NCBI GenBank assembly: GCA_008632985.1
Contig: QPGO01000135.1
Coordinates: forward strand, 1-64,000
Direction of reading: 5' to 3'
Origin: Psammoneis japonica
Lineage: Eukaryota
DNA length: 64,000 nucleotides
Shown: in pieces, positions 1 through 12,335 of the stretch
Numbering within the stretch: position 1 is the first letter of the stretch
Layout of the letters: each line of letters begins with the position of its first letter
The notes under the pieces: generated by a model
Seen by the model: only the letters and a program-made list of their open reading frames with translations
The model's database searches: none
Told to the model about the DNA's origin: nothing
Program-made: the position numbers and the translations under genes

Positions 1-160
1 TTTGTTTTGGCGGTGTCATGTTTTTGTGTCAGTTTGTCCGTGGGTGTGTCATTTCCATGCTGACCTCACATTGATTTTTGTGCTTGGCAGTGTCATGTTG
101 TCCGTGCCCCCCTTTCCCATTTCCTTTTCCCCGCTCCCATTTGTCATGTGAGGGGAGGCT

Positions 161-613
161 TGATCAGCTGGGCTGCTTGTTTCAGCACTCAAATGCCAAG
201 CATGGCAGCAGCCATCGAGGCCGGCCACATGATGGTCGTCGTTGCAGCCTCTGCTGCAGCCAAGCAGCTGCACCCCGGCCACATTGCAGAAGATCCGGTG
301 CCGATGGTTTGGTTCCTGGACAGAGCAGCCCACCCACATGACTTTCTTGAATTGGCAAAAACAAGTCGGTCCTCAAGCCCTCCACTGCAGCGCGATCCGT
401 CGCCATGGAACATGAGCTTTCTGCCCAAGCGGGCCGACTCATCAAGTCTCGCTCGGCGATCAGACCACTCGATGGGCACCCACACTTTTTCCCCGCATTC
501 ACCATTGCACCACACTGTCCCAGTTGATCCAGGACAGCAGAACACCAGCGCTGCCATCCCCACCCCGGCCTCAATCACTTCCGCCACTTCGGGCTTTTCA
601 TCTGCCCAGATGA
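161..613 (+). pseudogene. Gypsy-B RNase H / integrase N-terminal remnant (deleted copy)
   Basis: Homologous to the longer copies at 11115-12335 and 39540-41160; frameshifted. Confidence 0.5.
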
Positions 614-1137
614 CTTCATTGGGGCATTGCAAGTCTCCTGCAGGTGCACAGAAAATGCAATGTTCAGCGATGAAGAAAAAGAGTGATGATGTTGCTTTGT
701 TTCTTCTGTCATGCCCGCTTGACCGACACGAAGCTTGGGCGCATTGCTTTGTGCGCCACTTGTCTTCCGTGTCTTGCAATCTTCAGAACACTTGCTTCTT
801 GCCAAAGGAGCTGTTGGAGATCCAGCGGAAAGCAGTGTGCACGATTTTTGCAAAGTGTGGGTGCAATCGCAGTGCAAAACATGATGCGCTGTTCGGACCA
901 TGTGATCTTGGTGGAGGTGGCTTTCGTTCGTTGGATGTGGAGCGTGGCACATCCCAGTGCACGCAGTTTCTCCGACACTGGCGCAGCTGTGGTCAGCCTC
1001 ATGTTCTGTCATGCATTGCAGTGGCGTGGGTGCGGCTTCAGTTGGGCACAGGCGTCAGCTTCTTGCAGGATGTTCAGCCCACACTGCCTCACTCCGAATC
1101 CAAATGGCCCATGTCTTTGCGATCATTTTTGGCTGAA
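614..1137 (+). pseudogene. Non-LTR retrotransposon fragment (region downstream of RT)
   Basis: SLGHCKSPAG...EAW...IQRKA...KCGCNR...LFGP.DLGGGGF...FLRHWR...IAVAW..LQLG...LPHSESKW.SLRSFL resembles diatom non-LTR polyprotein motifs with Tyr replaced by Cys/His. It interrupts the CCCAGATGATGTCATTCC site that is intact at ~10152. Confidence 0.7.
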
Positions 1138-1769
1138 TCATTCCTGAGCCACTCAGTCAAGAGTGCCACGAAGCTCTGGTTTTCTGTCGTCAAGCCCAGG
1201 AAATGTTTGGCGACGCCAACAAACAGCAGCTCAACAATGCCGCCCTTGAAGCCAACGATGACTCTTCTGTTGTTTCAGACCAGTCAGCTCCTCTCTGAAG
1301 ATTCTTCCTTGCTTTGCTGCATTCTCCATCTGCATCTTTCACAGCGCACCTCATTTCTGCATTTTGTTTCTCTCTTTCAGTTTTGCAAACATTCGCCAAA
1401 GTTTGTTTTGCACTTGAGCTGAGTTCTGTGCTTCACCCATTTCCCATTTCCCATTTTCCCTTCAGCCTCACCTTTTGGCCTTTGCCCGCTGTCCGCTGCC
1501 CAAACCCAGTTAAATTGACGCACAATTTTTTGTTTGGTGGTGTCATTTTTTTGTCAGTTTGTCTGTGGGTGTGTCATTTCCATGCTGACCTGACATTGAT
1601 TTTTGTGCTTGGCAGTGTCATGTTGTCCGTGCTCCCCTTTCCCATTTCCTTTTCCCCGCTCCCATTTGTCATGTGAGGGGAGGCTTGATGAGCTGGGCTG
1701 CCCGGTTGTTTCAGCGTTCAAGTGCCAAGCATGGCGGCGGCCATCGAGGAAGGCCACATGATGGTCGTC

Positions 1770-2345
1770 ATTGCTGACAGGATTTGAGCAAGATTTCAGT
1801 TTGTCGCGCACAATCATGTGTGCTCTCAGCTCCGGGCACACCGCGCGATGCAAATTGCTTTCAAGCCACGTGGCTCACAAGAACAACAACAGCAGTGCCG
1901 ACATCATGACACCAGTCTTTCGGCTCCTGCAACAGTCTCCACATGGAGACTCATCTGCCACTCAGACAGCAGTGAGGAGTCACTGTTTTCTTCCACCCAG
2001 TCATCTTCAACTTCTGTCAGATCAACAGTCTTGCTCATTCTTGTCCACTGAGCGTTCGTCATTGTCGTCGAGAAATTTTTTGATGACGTGCACAGCTGGC
2101 GGTGGAAGCACACATCTGCCTTCTTCGCCGCTGCATGCTGGGTTAAATCCACACATTTGGTTTTGTCCAACACCTCCCATCATTGCATGTGTTTGTTCAA
2201 CGGACATTTGTTTGGTCAGGAATTCCCGAATTCTCAGAAATCTGAGATTCCGGATTCCCTGCAGCAGATTCTGCCCTGGTTGGCAGACAGACCAATCCAT
2301 CTGCTCGCGCTCATGTGCACACGACATGAGCCCTTGACTCTGGCC
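1770..2345. repeat. Unidentified repeated module U (also ~20960-21535 and ~51460-52035)
   Basis: Three diverged copies; no recognisable domain. Confidence 0.7.
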
Positions 2346-2496
2346 CTGCTTCGCAGCTCCCGCGTTTGTTCGTCCCTCCACAGTTGCCAAATTTGCCAAA
2401 TTTGGCCGGCCTGATCGGGTCATCCAACCAACACAAAATGAGAATGGTTCGGAGGTCTCCCACTCTGGCCAATCCCGACACTCACCCAGTTGCAAC

Positions 2497-4289
2497 ATGG
2501 TTCTGACCAGACAGCAACAAATCGATGGCCTCGAGCACATCCTGGGTGCTGTTCTGAATCAAGCCGCAGACAGTCCACTGCACTCCGCTCTCAACATTGA
2601 CAGAACTGACTTGCATCAGGACCTCTTTGCTTTTACTCCGATGCAACTGGGTGCCCTTGTTTGCAACAACGGCGCCAATCAAATGCCCTTGCCACATGGC
2701 TGCAAAGCACAGACAGCTGCGCTGACTGGCCTGCACATGGCAAAAGTGCGCAGCAGCACCAATGTCAGCAACAACCCCCAACTGTTCACACACGAGGAGT
2801 TCGCCGACTGGCGTCTCAGTCCTGAGCACGCAGCATCCCTCTCCATGGGCACAGCACCTTCTGCCCCCATTCCTGGCTTGTTGCCACCCAAACCACATGA
2901 CCCCATGTGTGACTTGAAACAAGGCATCAAACGCAACCCACTCACCTTCGTGCTTCTCAAGTCTGACAAACAGGGCACACGTGGCACACCTCCATCATTG
3001 CACAGGCCCGCTCCCATGAAGTTGACCGTGTTCTTGATCCGAAGCACAAGCCCTCTGCAGCTGAGGACAAGGCCCTGTTCGATGAACAACAGAAGCACAT
3101 GTTCATTGTGCTTGATGCATCTTGCAGAGTGACAAAGGCAAGGCACTCTTTTGTGAACATGTTGGCTCCTCCAATGCTCAAGCGGTGTGTCGTGACCTGT
3201 CCAAGTGCACCCTTGCTTCCACTCATGCATCCCTGGAGTCCTCAACCCTTCTCGCGCACCTCGCCACTGCTCACCTCGGTGATGGCACCTGGAAAGGATC
3301 CACTCGTGCCTTCACACTTGGCTGGCATGACCAGCTTTGCAAGCAAAAAGCTCTCATCCTGGGCACGGACCATTTCTTGGCTGGCCAGAAACGTGCCATG
3401 CTTGAGAACTCTGTTCACCCTGTCGAAGAACTGCGCTTGGCAAAGAATCAGGCTGATCAGTTTCGTGCGCAGAGTGGCAAGGGCCTTTCTTGTGAGCAGT
3501 GCCATGGACTCCTGCTTTCTGCCATGGCACAGCACGACAGCACGTTTGCACCCAAGACGGCTCCTTGTGCTCCGCACCATGCCATCTGCGAACATGACCT
3601 GGCCCCCAACGACCCCAACGACGATGCATTCTTCAACATCAACGGCGATGTTGATGTCATCCAAGCTCATGCTGTGCAAACTCGTGGCAACTCCCTCACC
3701 AGGGAACAACGGCGTCGCATTCCGCCGGACCATCAGCACATTTGGGACACCTTGCCCCAGCCCACCAAGGCCATCATTCTTGGCTCGCATGCCGCCCACA
3801 CGGGCAACTGCCATGACTTGACGGCGGTCAACCTGCGTGACCTCCGCACTGGCAGCAATGGCGATGTCAGCTTGTCCGCCAACACTCACGATCTTGCATT
3901 GGCCTCTGCACAATCCGATGCACAGCCAACGCAGCCGATGCTGACCCCACTCTGGCTCATCTCACCAGGTGCAAGCCTCTGCCACCCGGTGACTTGCAGC
4001 GTCTCCCTGCACCTGAGCTGCCTCCTTCCGCCCATTCTGGAGAGAAACCCCCCAGATCTGTGCCTTCCGTCTGCTCCAAAGCCCGATGATGCTGACGTTG
4101 AGATCAATGGTCATGAACGCCATCATGTCAACAACCACAATGTCGTCTGCTCTGCCTCGACCCAATCGTGGTGCCCCGTCCAAGCTCATCAGCAACTGTG
4201 CTCAAGTTGAGATGAGCAACAAGGTCCTTGGCATCCTCCGTGCCCTCTTCATCCCCAGTTGGCAAAGCGAGCCTCATCAACAGCACCAA
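2497..4289 (+). pseudogene. gag: Copia-2 (CoDi-like) gag with a deletion joining it to an integrase fragment
   Basis: MVLTRQQ...KQGIKRNP...LQSDKGKAL...HLGDGTWKGST, then SKLISNCAQVE...WQSEPHQQHQ; frameshifted. Confidence 0.85.
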
Positions 4290-4530
4290 ATGTGAAAATG
4301 GTAAAAAAAAGAAAAAAGGCAGAGACAAGGACTCGAACCCTTGGCTTCCAAATTTTTTCTTGTTTTGCTTTGTGCCTTTTTTCCCTTGGTTCCCTTGTTT
4401 CCCTCTGTCCCTTTTTCCCTTGTTTCCCTTTGTCCCTTTTTCCCTTGTTTCCCTTGTTTCCCTTGTCCCTTTTTCCCTTGTTTCCCTTTGTCTCTTTTTC
4501 CCTTTTTCCCTTTTTGCCCTTTTTTCTTTT

Positions 4531-4926
4531 GACGCGTTCCAGACGCAGGTGGGAATCCGTGTGACATTGGGCCCGTAGACTTCTGCGTGCGAGCTCCGCA
4601 GTAAAATCACACGGCAATTAAAATGTCAATGATCGCCAACAGAAAATGAGGCAATTTTGCGAGTGCACAAACTCGCACATGATTGAAGTGCATCATTTTT
4701 TACTCAGCCAGTTGCACTCTTCAGACATTGAAGAATGCAACTGGCGCATTGTTGTTTCCACAAATTTGTCATGTAAAATGTCTGGGGCTTCGCAAAACAG
4801 CGAGTCTGGACAATTTTTTTTAAATGTCACACGCAGAAATCTACGCATGAAACATGCGACGGATGACAAAAATTGTTGTTGTCACACGTCAGTGCTGCGA
4901 GCTCCCACCCAGGGCTGGAACGCGTC
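4531..4926. mobile_element. GAC-MITE, subfamily A
   Basis: TIR GACGCGTTCCAG-N5-GGTGGGA; TTTT on both flanks; empty site in the paralogs at ~24800 and ~37300. Confidence 0.9.
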
Positions 4927-5017
4927 TTTTTTTTTCTTTTTTCCTTTTTTTCCTTTTCCCTGACCCCAACCCAGAAGTGCTCGATGCGACAAGTTCAACG
5001 AGAGCGAGTGGAGCGGA

Positions 5018-5054
5018 CCCTGACCCCAACCCTGACCCCTGACCCCAACCCCAA
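5018..5054 (+). repeat. Eroded (CCCTAA)n telomere-type tract
   Basis: Only CCCCAA and CCCTGA variants are present; no intact CCCTAA. Confidence 0.75.
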
Positions 5055-5750
5055 ACATGACGGACTTCAAAAAAGCAAGGCTTGTTGCCGATGGACACCT
5101 CACAGACGTGCCCGTCGACAGTGTCTGTTCCGGAGCAGTGTCTCTTCGCGGCCTGCGAATGATGATCTTCCTGGCCGAATGGAGACTTGGGCCACCAACA
5201 ATGGGAGTGCTTGTCTTGAAGCTGCGACCAAGGAGAAACTGTGCATTGCAGCAGGCGACGCGTTCCAGGTCTGGGTGGGACCTCGCACTGCTGAACTGTG
5301 ACATCGACAGTTTTTTGAATCTCGTCGTATGTCGTGCACGTAGATTTCTACGTGATTTTTTCGACATTTTGTGTCATTTTATGGTGCACTCATTGAGCGA
5401 TCCGTCCAACAACTTTTGACATTTTTTGTTACAGTGCGATTCTACAATGTCTTAAGAATCGCGCAGGGCAGGCGAATTTGCAAAAACGTTGAGTGGCAAG
5501 AGGCACAATTGCACCACAAACTTGGCCGTTTATTTGATGTTGAAGACAAGTGCATCCATCAATTAAATTCTGGCACTGGGGAGCTCGCACGCAGAATTCT
5601 ACAGGCCCAATGTCACACGGAGTCCCACCTGGGGCTGGAATGTGTCAGGCCCTGAATTCGGCGAGCTGGAAGGACACATCCTTGGCATCCACAAGGCCTT
5701 GTGCGGACTCCGCAGCTCTGTCCTCAGATGGCATGAACGCTTTGCCGGTT
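5055..5750 (+). pseudogene. pol: Copia-2 reverse transcriptase fragment interrupted by a MITE
   Basis: KARLVADGHLTDVPVDSVCSG.VSLRGLRMMIFLAE...AGPEFGELEGH...HKALCGLRSS. Confidence 0.85.
5257..5646. mobile_element. GAC-MITE, subfamily B
   Basis: TIRs present; TSD AGGC; empty site GCAGGCCC at ~58300. Confidence 0.9.
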
Positions 5751-5853
5751 GCTTGCTCCAATGAACACTGGCAACTGCAGCGATTGCCCATGTGATCACT
5801 GCTTTGTTTCATGCCAAGGCACCATCGCACCCGGCTGTCCCGATGCACTCCAG

Positions 5854-6037
5854 TGAACAAACACTGCCATGACAGCCAAGAATTGGGTGCAAGACAAGAC
5901 AGAGTGTTGAACAGCATCAACAGGTTCTAGAATTGTGAGATGTCACGCTGCTGGGGCCACCAAACAAGCGACAGTGGACCAATCGCCAATGGTGCATGAA
6001 CTGCCCACATTTGTGACAGTGCATCAGCACTCATTCA
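5854..6037 (-). repeat. Copia-1 3' LTR
   Basis: Ungapped direct repeat of 9493-9676. Confidence 0.92.
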
Positions 6038-9000
6038 GTCCCCTCGAACTGACACCAGCTCCACTCAGGTCAGATCGACAGACAAATGCCACCTGATGCT
6101 GCCCTGTTCCAGGGCAGTGGCTGTGTTTTGGGGGTGGGAAAAGCCGCACCTGCGCGGCAAACCCGTTTGGTTTGTCCCCTTTTGGGACTTGCCACAGGGT
6201 GTGACTTATGATTTCCCGGAGCTTCGGTCCAGGCAACAACTTGGTTGGTGCGTCCGCTAGATTCGTGCGTCCATCTTCCCAAGCAATGCGCACTGTTCCA
6301 GCAGCTTGTGCCTCACGAGTCCTGTGACAGGCAATTGCATCATGCTTCTTCTTCAAAGTGGACTCTGGTTTAGTTGAGTTCTTGAAGACAGCTTCATTGT
6401 CGCAGAAAACGTCAGTGGCCCCATCCATGGGGATTCCGAGCATCCGAAGCTTGCAACGCAAGGCTTCAATTTGCTCCACTGCAGTCTTCATAGCCACAAA
6501 CTCCAACCCAAAAGTGGAGGACTCTACGGCATTCTGCCGCTTGGAGCAATGCAAGATGGGCGCTCGTTGGACAAATGTCAGGATCCCAGTGTGGGACCTG
6601 TGCATCACACGGCATCCAGCGTGATCAGCATCGACAAAGCAAGCAGTGGTCATGCTGTTTCCGCATGCCTCCGGCACATTCGGCGGCATTGGTTCAGCCG
6701 CGCCAGGGTGATGTTCTTCCCAATCACACTTGGCAAAGCGACTCTCGTCAAAGACGGGCTCAGTGTCATTGAACACTAGCGCAGACTTGGAATGAGCCTT
6801 CAAGCATGCAAAGACATGGAGCACCTCGTCCAGGTGTCCAACTCGTGGTGCCACTGAGCAGGAGGACATGAGCAAGACAGCGACAAAAATGTCCACTCAC
6901 CCCAGTTCAACCACCCACCGTAGCACACCGACAAGGCCTTGACAGCAGTCAGCCGTTTTGGCGTTCAACTCAGGTGAGCTGTCCAGTTCAGGCCTGTGTC
7001 CCGAGCTCAAGGGCGTCGACGCCTTCGTCGGAAGATGCCTGTCAGTTTTCTTGAGCTCCAATTCAAAATCAGCTAATGCCCTTTTGACATGAAGGTCAGA
7101 GGACATGGCCCAGCGTGTCTCACCGTCCGAGTCAGACAGCTGGTGCTTTCTGATCTGGGTGCCTGAGCACTCTTCCGGCTCGCAGACGCTTCCGTCCTTG
7201 AGCGCGCACCTAGAGCTCATGTAATCCATGACCTTCTGAGGTTCATGGGAGATGCACAACAAGTCGTCCACGTAGACAAGTGCACATTCCCAGTGCTTGA
7301 AGCCATCCGGCTTAACCGCAGCCCGCATCCAGACATCCGGGTCAGCCTTGCAAGACTCGAACCCAGCGCCACGCAGAGCAGCTGCCACATGTTCCCCAAA
7401 TCTTGCACCTGAAGATTTGAGACCATGCAAGGCCCGGACAATGATCACCGGCCTTCCTTCATTCTGCTTCCCAAATTCCAGGCCAGCAGTGGCACAACAC
7501 TTTTCCTTAGTGTGTGCATTCAAGCAGGCATTCTGAACGTCAGCACTCAGGACCTCCAGGTCATTCAGAGCTGCTGTGGTGAATGCTGTCTTAACGCTGT
7601 CACGCGACACCACGCTGGAACATGTCGATTCCTCAGGCGGATCGGTTTGATGGCCTCCGGCCACGAACCTCGCTTTACATTGGAGAGTGCTCTTGATGTC
7701 AAAGATCACATGACAGTCAATGTGTTTGCACCCGACCGGTGCAGCATCGTCATCGTGGAATTCGAACACAGGCATGACGTCACGCATTTCCTTCTCGATG
7801 GCTTTGAACCAGAAGTCGGTCCCCGTTCTGTTGTCTATCTCCACAGCTTCCTCAACAGATTTCGGGAGTTCAATTCCGAACTCATGCGCACGTTTCTAGT
7901 GACGCGACTTGACTTTCTTCAGGATCCTCGACCTGCGACGCAAGACGTCTCGGACCCACCAGTTGAAGGCTGGTTCACTGGCTGCTTTGTTCGCTGCAGC
8001 GTGCTCAGCAACCTCGACTGGGTTGGACTCCTTCAAATCCTTGAGAGGAACCCAGGATGCAGTCCCATCCTTCCATTCGACTTGCAGGTCCCAGCCTGCT
8101 GTCGTCCTCCTGGGAGCACGCCTGCCAGTCTCAGTCGTTGTGTGCCCGTCATCAGCCATTGCAGCACGGGCATCACGTCGGTGATCGACCATTTCCTCCA
8201 TGATCTGGCAGGCATTCCCTTCAGAGTCGATCTGAGCGAATGGGTTCTCTGCAATTACATTAGCAGCATGGGAATCAGTGGATCCATCAGGGAATTCCAC
8301 GTCGTGTGTTCTCGAGTCTAGGACAGGGTCATCGTTCCCAGTGCCAACAGGAACCCTGTCACCATCTCGCTTGCGTGCAATGACCCCAGCATGAGTCAGC
8401 TCGCCTCCACGTGGCAACATGACTTGAGCTGTGAGATGTTCATCTGGCCCTTCTGGGGTGTGCTCATCAGCTTCCAGTTTGGAAGCGTCAGGTTCCACGG
8501 GTTCAACGGCATCGTCCCATTCGTCCATGAAGTCGTCAGGGAGTTCAGGGAAGTCAGCACTGGCATCCTTTTCCGGGATGCTAAGCCATTCGATCAAAGC
8601 TTGATCGACCGATGCAAGATCCGTCTGGATCACCGGAGTTTTAAGGTCATCCTCCGGCATGGCCCATGCATCCTTCCGAATGATGGGTTTGCCTGATTCG
8701 GGCAAAATGATGAATGCCACATCGTCAGTGCAGTTGTCAGCTGCTCCGAGCCAACGGCCAATGCACTTCTTTTCGTGTGGGAACTCCGCCACAGGCATGC
8801 AGTGACAAACAGGTTGACACCAATCAAAGAGAGAGAGGGAAGAGATGTCGGGTGTCGAACCCGTCACCTCTTCTGGGACTCGTCCTCCCATGTCCGACAT
8901 GCTGGTCGCAATCATGCGACGGATGTCACACATCCATTTGGTGCTGTGGGACCAAAGTCGCCTGTGAGCGCCAGTCCGGCACAGAGTCGCACGGACTCTT

Positions 9001-9407
9001 TTCTTCAACTCACGAATGGATGCCTCGGCCAGGTTCTGCCAGGGGCTGCAAGGGGTGGACACCTCCTGGTGCATCCTGCATTCCTTGCAGATCTCCTTGG
9101 TCTGGCCTTCCACCATTTCCGGCACGCCATCCGACACAAGGACCTGCGGTGCGCCAATGTCATGTGTGAATGACATGACGGCATCCGGGTGGTCCTGTTT
9201 CCTCTTCCAAGGACAGAACCTGTCACACCCTCTTCCGTTGGCAAATGCGCTTCCTCCTGTCTCGCCATGTGTCGATTTAACCTTCAAAAACATTTGGTCG
9301 GAGTAGAGCAGTCCCTTGATCGCAGGGAACTTAAGCCAAGGGGCTTTCTTCCGAACTTTCCGTTTGGATGGTGTGCAGACATTACGGACCCCTGCCTGGG
9401 TCATCAC
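6024..9407 (-). pseudogene. pol: Copia-1 pol (integrase-RT-RNase H): one reading frame with two nonsense codons
   Basis: VLVSDG...SPWQNLAEASIRELK (IN); KARFVAGGH...DVQNACL...YVDDLL (RT); FVDADHAG...SKRQ..VESSTFG.EF...CDNEAV...NLAD.PTK (RNase H). ORFs 7896-9407, 6897-7844 and 6024-6896 are in frame. Confidence 0.93.
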
Positions 9408-9492
9408 TCCAAGGGTGTTCTTAGCGGCCGTCGTGCCGTTCGCAATGCCCGTTCCAGGCGATGAACATCACAGCGTGCTGGCTCTGAAAAAG

Positions 9493-9676
9493 TGAACAAA
9501 TGCCACCATGACAGCCAAGAATTGGGTGTGAGACAAGACAGAGTGTTGAACAGCATCAACGGGTTCCAGAATTGTGAGATGTTGCGCTGCTGGGGCCACC
9601 AAATGAGCGACAGTGGACCAATCGCCAACAGCACATAAACTGCCTGTGTTTGTGACAGTGTGTCAGCATTTGTTCA
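9493..9676 (-). repeat. Copia-1 5' LTR
   Basis: Direct repeat of 5854-6037. Confidence 0.92.
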
Positions 9677-10434
9677 CCAGCTCTGGGTGGGACCTCGCAC
9701 TGCTGAGCTGCGACACAATTGTTTTTTGTCATCCATCGCATGTTTCACACACACATTTCTGCGTGTTCTGTTGTGAAAAATTGTTCCATGCTGCCTGTTT
9801 TGCAAAGCCAAATGCTTTCTGTTGTGCACATCTGTGACAACAGAAATGCACTGGGTGTGTTCTTTAATGGCTGAAGAGTGTGCCCGGACACACTGCAAAG
9901 AATTTGCTTCAAGCATCGAGGAGGAGATGCGTTCGCAAAATTGACTCTGTTTCTGTTGGCAATCATTGGTGCATGTGTTGCTTGACAACTTCACTGCAGA
10001 GCTTGCGCACAGAATTCTGCGGGCCCAATGTCACAAAAAGTCCCACCTGGGGCTGGAGCCCGTCTCCCAGTTGATCCAGGACACCAGAACATCGGCGCTG
10101 CCATTCCCACCCCGGCCTCAATCACTTCCGCCACTTCAGGCTTTTCATCTGCCCAGATGATGTCATTCCTGAGCCACTCAGTCAAGAGCACCATGAGGCT
10201 CTGGTTTTCTGTTGTCAAGCCCAGGAAATGTTTGGCAACGCCAACAAACAGCAGCTCAACAACGCCGCCCTTGAAGCCAACGACAACTCTTCTGTTGTTT
10301 CAGACCAGCCAGCTCCTCTCTGAAGTTTCTTCCTTGCTTTGCTGCATTCTCCATCTGCATCTTTCACAGTGCACCTCATTTCTGCATTTTGTTTCTCTCT
10401 TTCAGTTTTGCAAACATTTGCCAAAGTTTGTTCT

Positions 10435-10830
10435 GACGCGTTCCAGCCCCAGGTGGGAGCTCGCAGCACTGACGTGTGACACAAATGATTTTTGTCATCC
10501 GTTGCATGTTTCGCACGTAGCTTTCTACGTGTGACATTAAAAAAAAATTGTCCAGACTCGCTGTTTTGCGAAGCCCCAGACGTTTTATGTGACGAATTTA
10601 TGGAAACAACAATGCGCCAGTTGCATTCTTCAATGTCTGAAGAACGCAACTGGCTGAGCAAAAAATGATGCACTTGAATCATGGGCGAGGTTGTGCGTTC
10701 GCAAAATTGCCTCATTTTCTGTTGGCGATCATTGACACTTTAATTGCCGCACAATTTTACTGCGGAGCTCGCACTCAGAAGTCTGCGGGCCCAATGTCAC
10801 ACGGATTCCCACCTGCGTCTGGAACGCGTC
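10435..10830. mobile_element. GAC-MITE, subfamily A (reverse orientation)
   Basis: TIRs present; TSD TTCT; empty site in several paralogs. Confidence 0.9.
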
Positions 10831-11114
10831 TTCTGCGCTTGAGCTGAGTTCTGTGCTTCACCCATTTCCCATTTCCCATTTTCCCTTCAGCCTCACCTTT
10901 TGGCCTTTGCTTGCTGTCCACTGCCCGAACTCTGTCAAATTGACACACAATTTTTTGTTTTGGCGGTGTCATGTTTTTGTGTCAGTTTGTCTGTGGGTGT
11001 GTCATTTCCATGCTGACCTGACATTGATTTTTGTGCTTGGCAGTGTCATGTTGTCCGTGCCCCCCTTTCCCATTTCCTTTTCCCCGCTCCCATTTGTCAT
11101 GTGAGGGGAGGCTT

Positions 11115-12335
11115 GATCAGCTGGGCTGCTTGTTTCAGCACTCAAATGCCAAGCATGGCATCAGCCATCGAGGCCGGCCACATGATGATCGTCGTTGCAG
11201 CCTCTGCTGCAGCCAAGCAGCTGCACCCCGGCCACATTGCAGAAGATCTGGCGCCAATGGTTTGGTTCCTGGACAGAGCGGCACATCCACATGACTTTCT
11301 TGAACTGGCAAAAACATGTTGGTCCTCAAGCCCTCTGTGGCAGCGCGATCCGTTGCCACTGAGCACAAGTTCTCTGCTCAAGCGAGCCAGCTCATCAAGT
11401 CTCGTTCGGCGATCAAACCACTCGATGGGCACCCGCGCTTCCCCTCTGCATTCCTGGCCCCAAGCGTCATGCATCCATGAAAGGAACAACCTTTTTGTCA
11501 GGCGCCGTTTGCAATGTGGGATGGGCAAGAGGTTGTGTGCCATCCGATCCAGATGCGCGAGCTTCTGTGGCTGCCGGGCTTCTTGGAGCTGTCCATCGGC
11601 TGACTGGGTGTGCCAACAGAGCTGATTCTCATGCAAGGACTCCAAAAAACACTGGAAATTGCAGCAGCCACCCATGTGACCACTGTTTTGTTTCATGCCA
11701 AGGCGCCATCGCACCACGCTGTCCCAGTTGACCCAGGACAACAGAGCATCAATGCCGCCATTCCCGCCCCGGCTGCACTCACGTTGGTGGCCACACCGCT
11801 TGACACAGCAACAATGTTGTTTCTTTCATTGGATTGTGTGCTTGCCAGCTGCACCTTGTACAAAGCACATGTGCAACTCCGCTTGCTGCCATGCAATGAA
11901 CCATGGTCAGCGGTGTTTTGGATCTTTGGTCTCCTGGCAGCGTGCCATCAATGGCGGGGGACGCCAAAATCCTTGCATGTCTGGACGGCATGACAAGTGT
12001 TGCCCTCGTGGGCTGCTTCTAGAAAATTGTTTTTTTTGGAAGAGGCAGCACGTGTGGTGACAGCAAAGTTCTCTGTGGCGGCGGGGTTGCCCCGGTTGAT
12101 TGTGGCGGATGCGGGCTCACTCTTCGCGGGCATCTTCGTCCAGCTGTTCAAAATCATCCAAGTTCCAGTGTTGCCGGCGCTGCAAGAAAATCATCGGGTG
12201 GCATGCAATGAGCAGCTCCACTGACATTCAAACAAGGCAGTGTGCGTCAATGTGGCCAACACATTGTCAACGGCATTGTGGAAGCAAGCAGTGCATTTCA
12301 CCTTGTGCGCCTGGTGTGCATCGCCAACCAACATG
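11115..12335 (+). pseudogene. pol: Gypsy-B RNase H-integrase remnant
   Basis: Frameshifted motifs VHR...ADS (end of RNase H); EPWSAVFLDLWSPG; GLPRLIVADAGSLFAGIF...ENHRVACNEQLH*HSNK (integrase core as recalled for diatom Gypsy elements). Confidence 0.7.

Larger units (their letters stand above)
4290..5054. mobile_element. Unclassified insert: minus-strand B-box, pyrimidine tract, hairpin and eroded telomere-type repeats (also 24630-24987 and 37133-37519)
   Basis: GGACTCGAACC is the reverse complement of B-box GGTTCGAGTCC. It is followed by a TTCCCTTG-type tract and CCCCAA/CCCTGA units; the AAGTGCTC...GAGCACTT inverted repeat is complete in the other two copies. The insert replaces the Copia-2 segment between integrase and RT. 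Confidence 0.6.
5854..9676 (-). mobile_element. Copia-1 (CoDi-like) LTR retrotransposon with gag/protease deleted
   Basis: 184-bp TG...CA LTRs at 5854-6037 and 9493-9676; CCAG duplicated on both flanks; minus-strand PPT GAGGGGAC abuts the 3' LTR; IN-RT-RNase H order. Confidence 0.92.
5842..10064. mobile_element. GAC-MITE, subfamily C, split within its left TIR by Copia-1
   Basis: TSD TCCC at 5838-5841 and 10065-10068; unsplit equivalents at 25587 and 38569. Confidence 0.85.

Noticed and set aside
4128..4617. Lys/Arg/Gly-rich or Phe/Pro-rich ORFs
   Set aside because: They are translations of a low-complexity pyrimidine tract.
5854..9676. ADAR-type editing of the RNA intermediate
   Set aside because: It would be strand-asymmetric and largely shared by both LTRs. 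Here both strands are hit, the LTRs differ, and DNA transposons are affected too.
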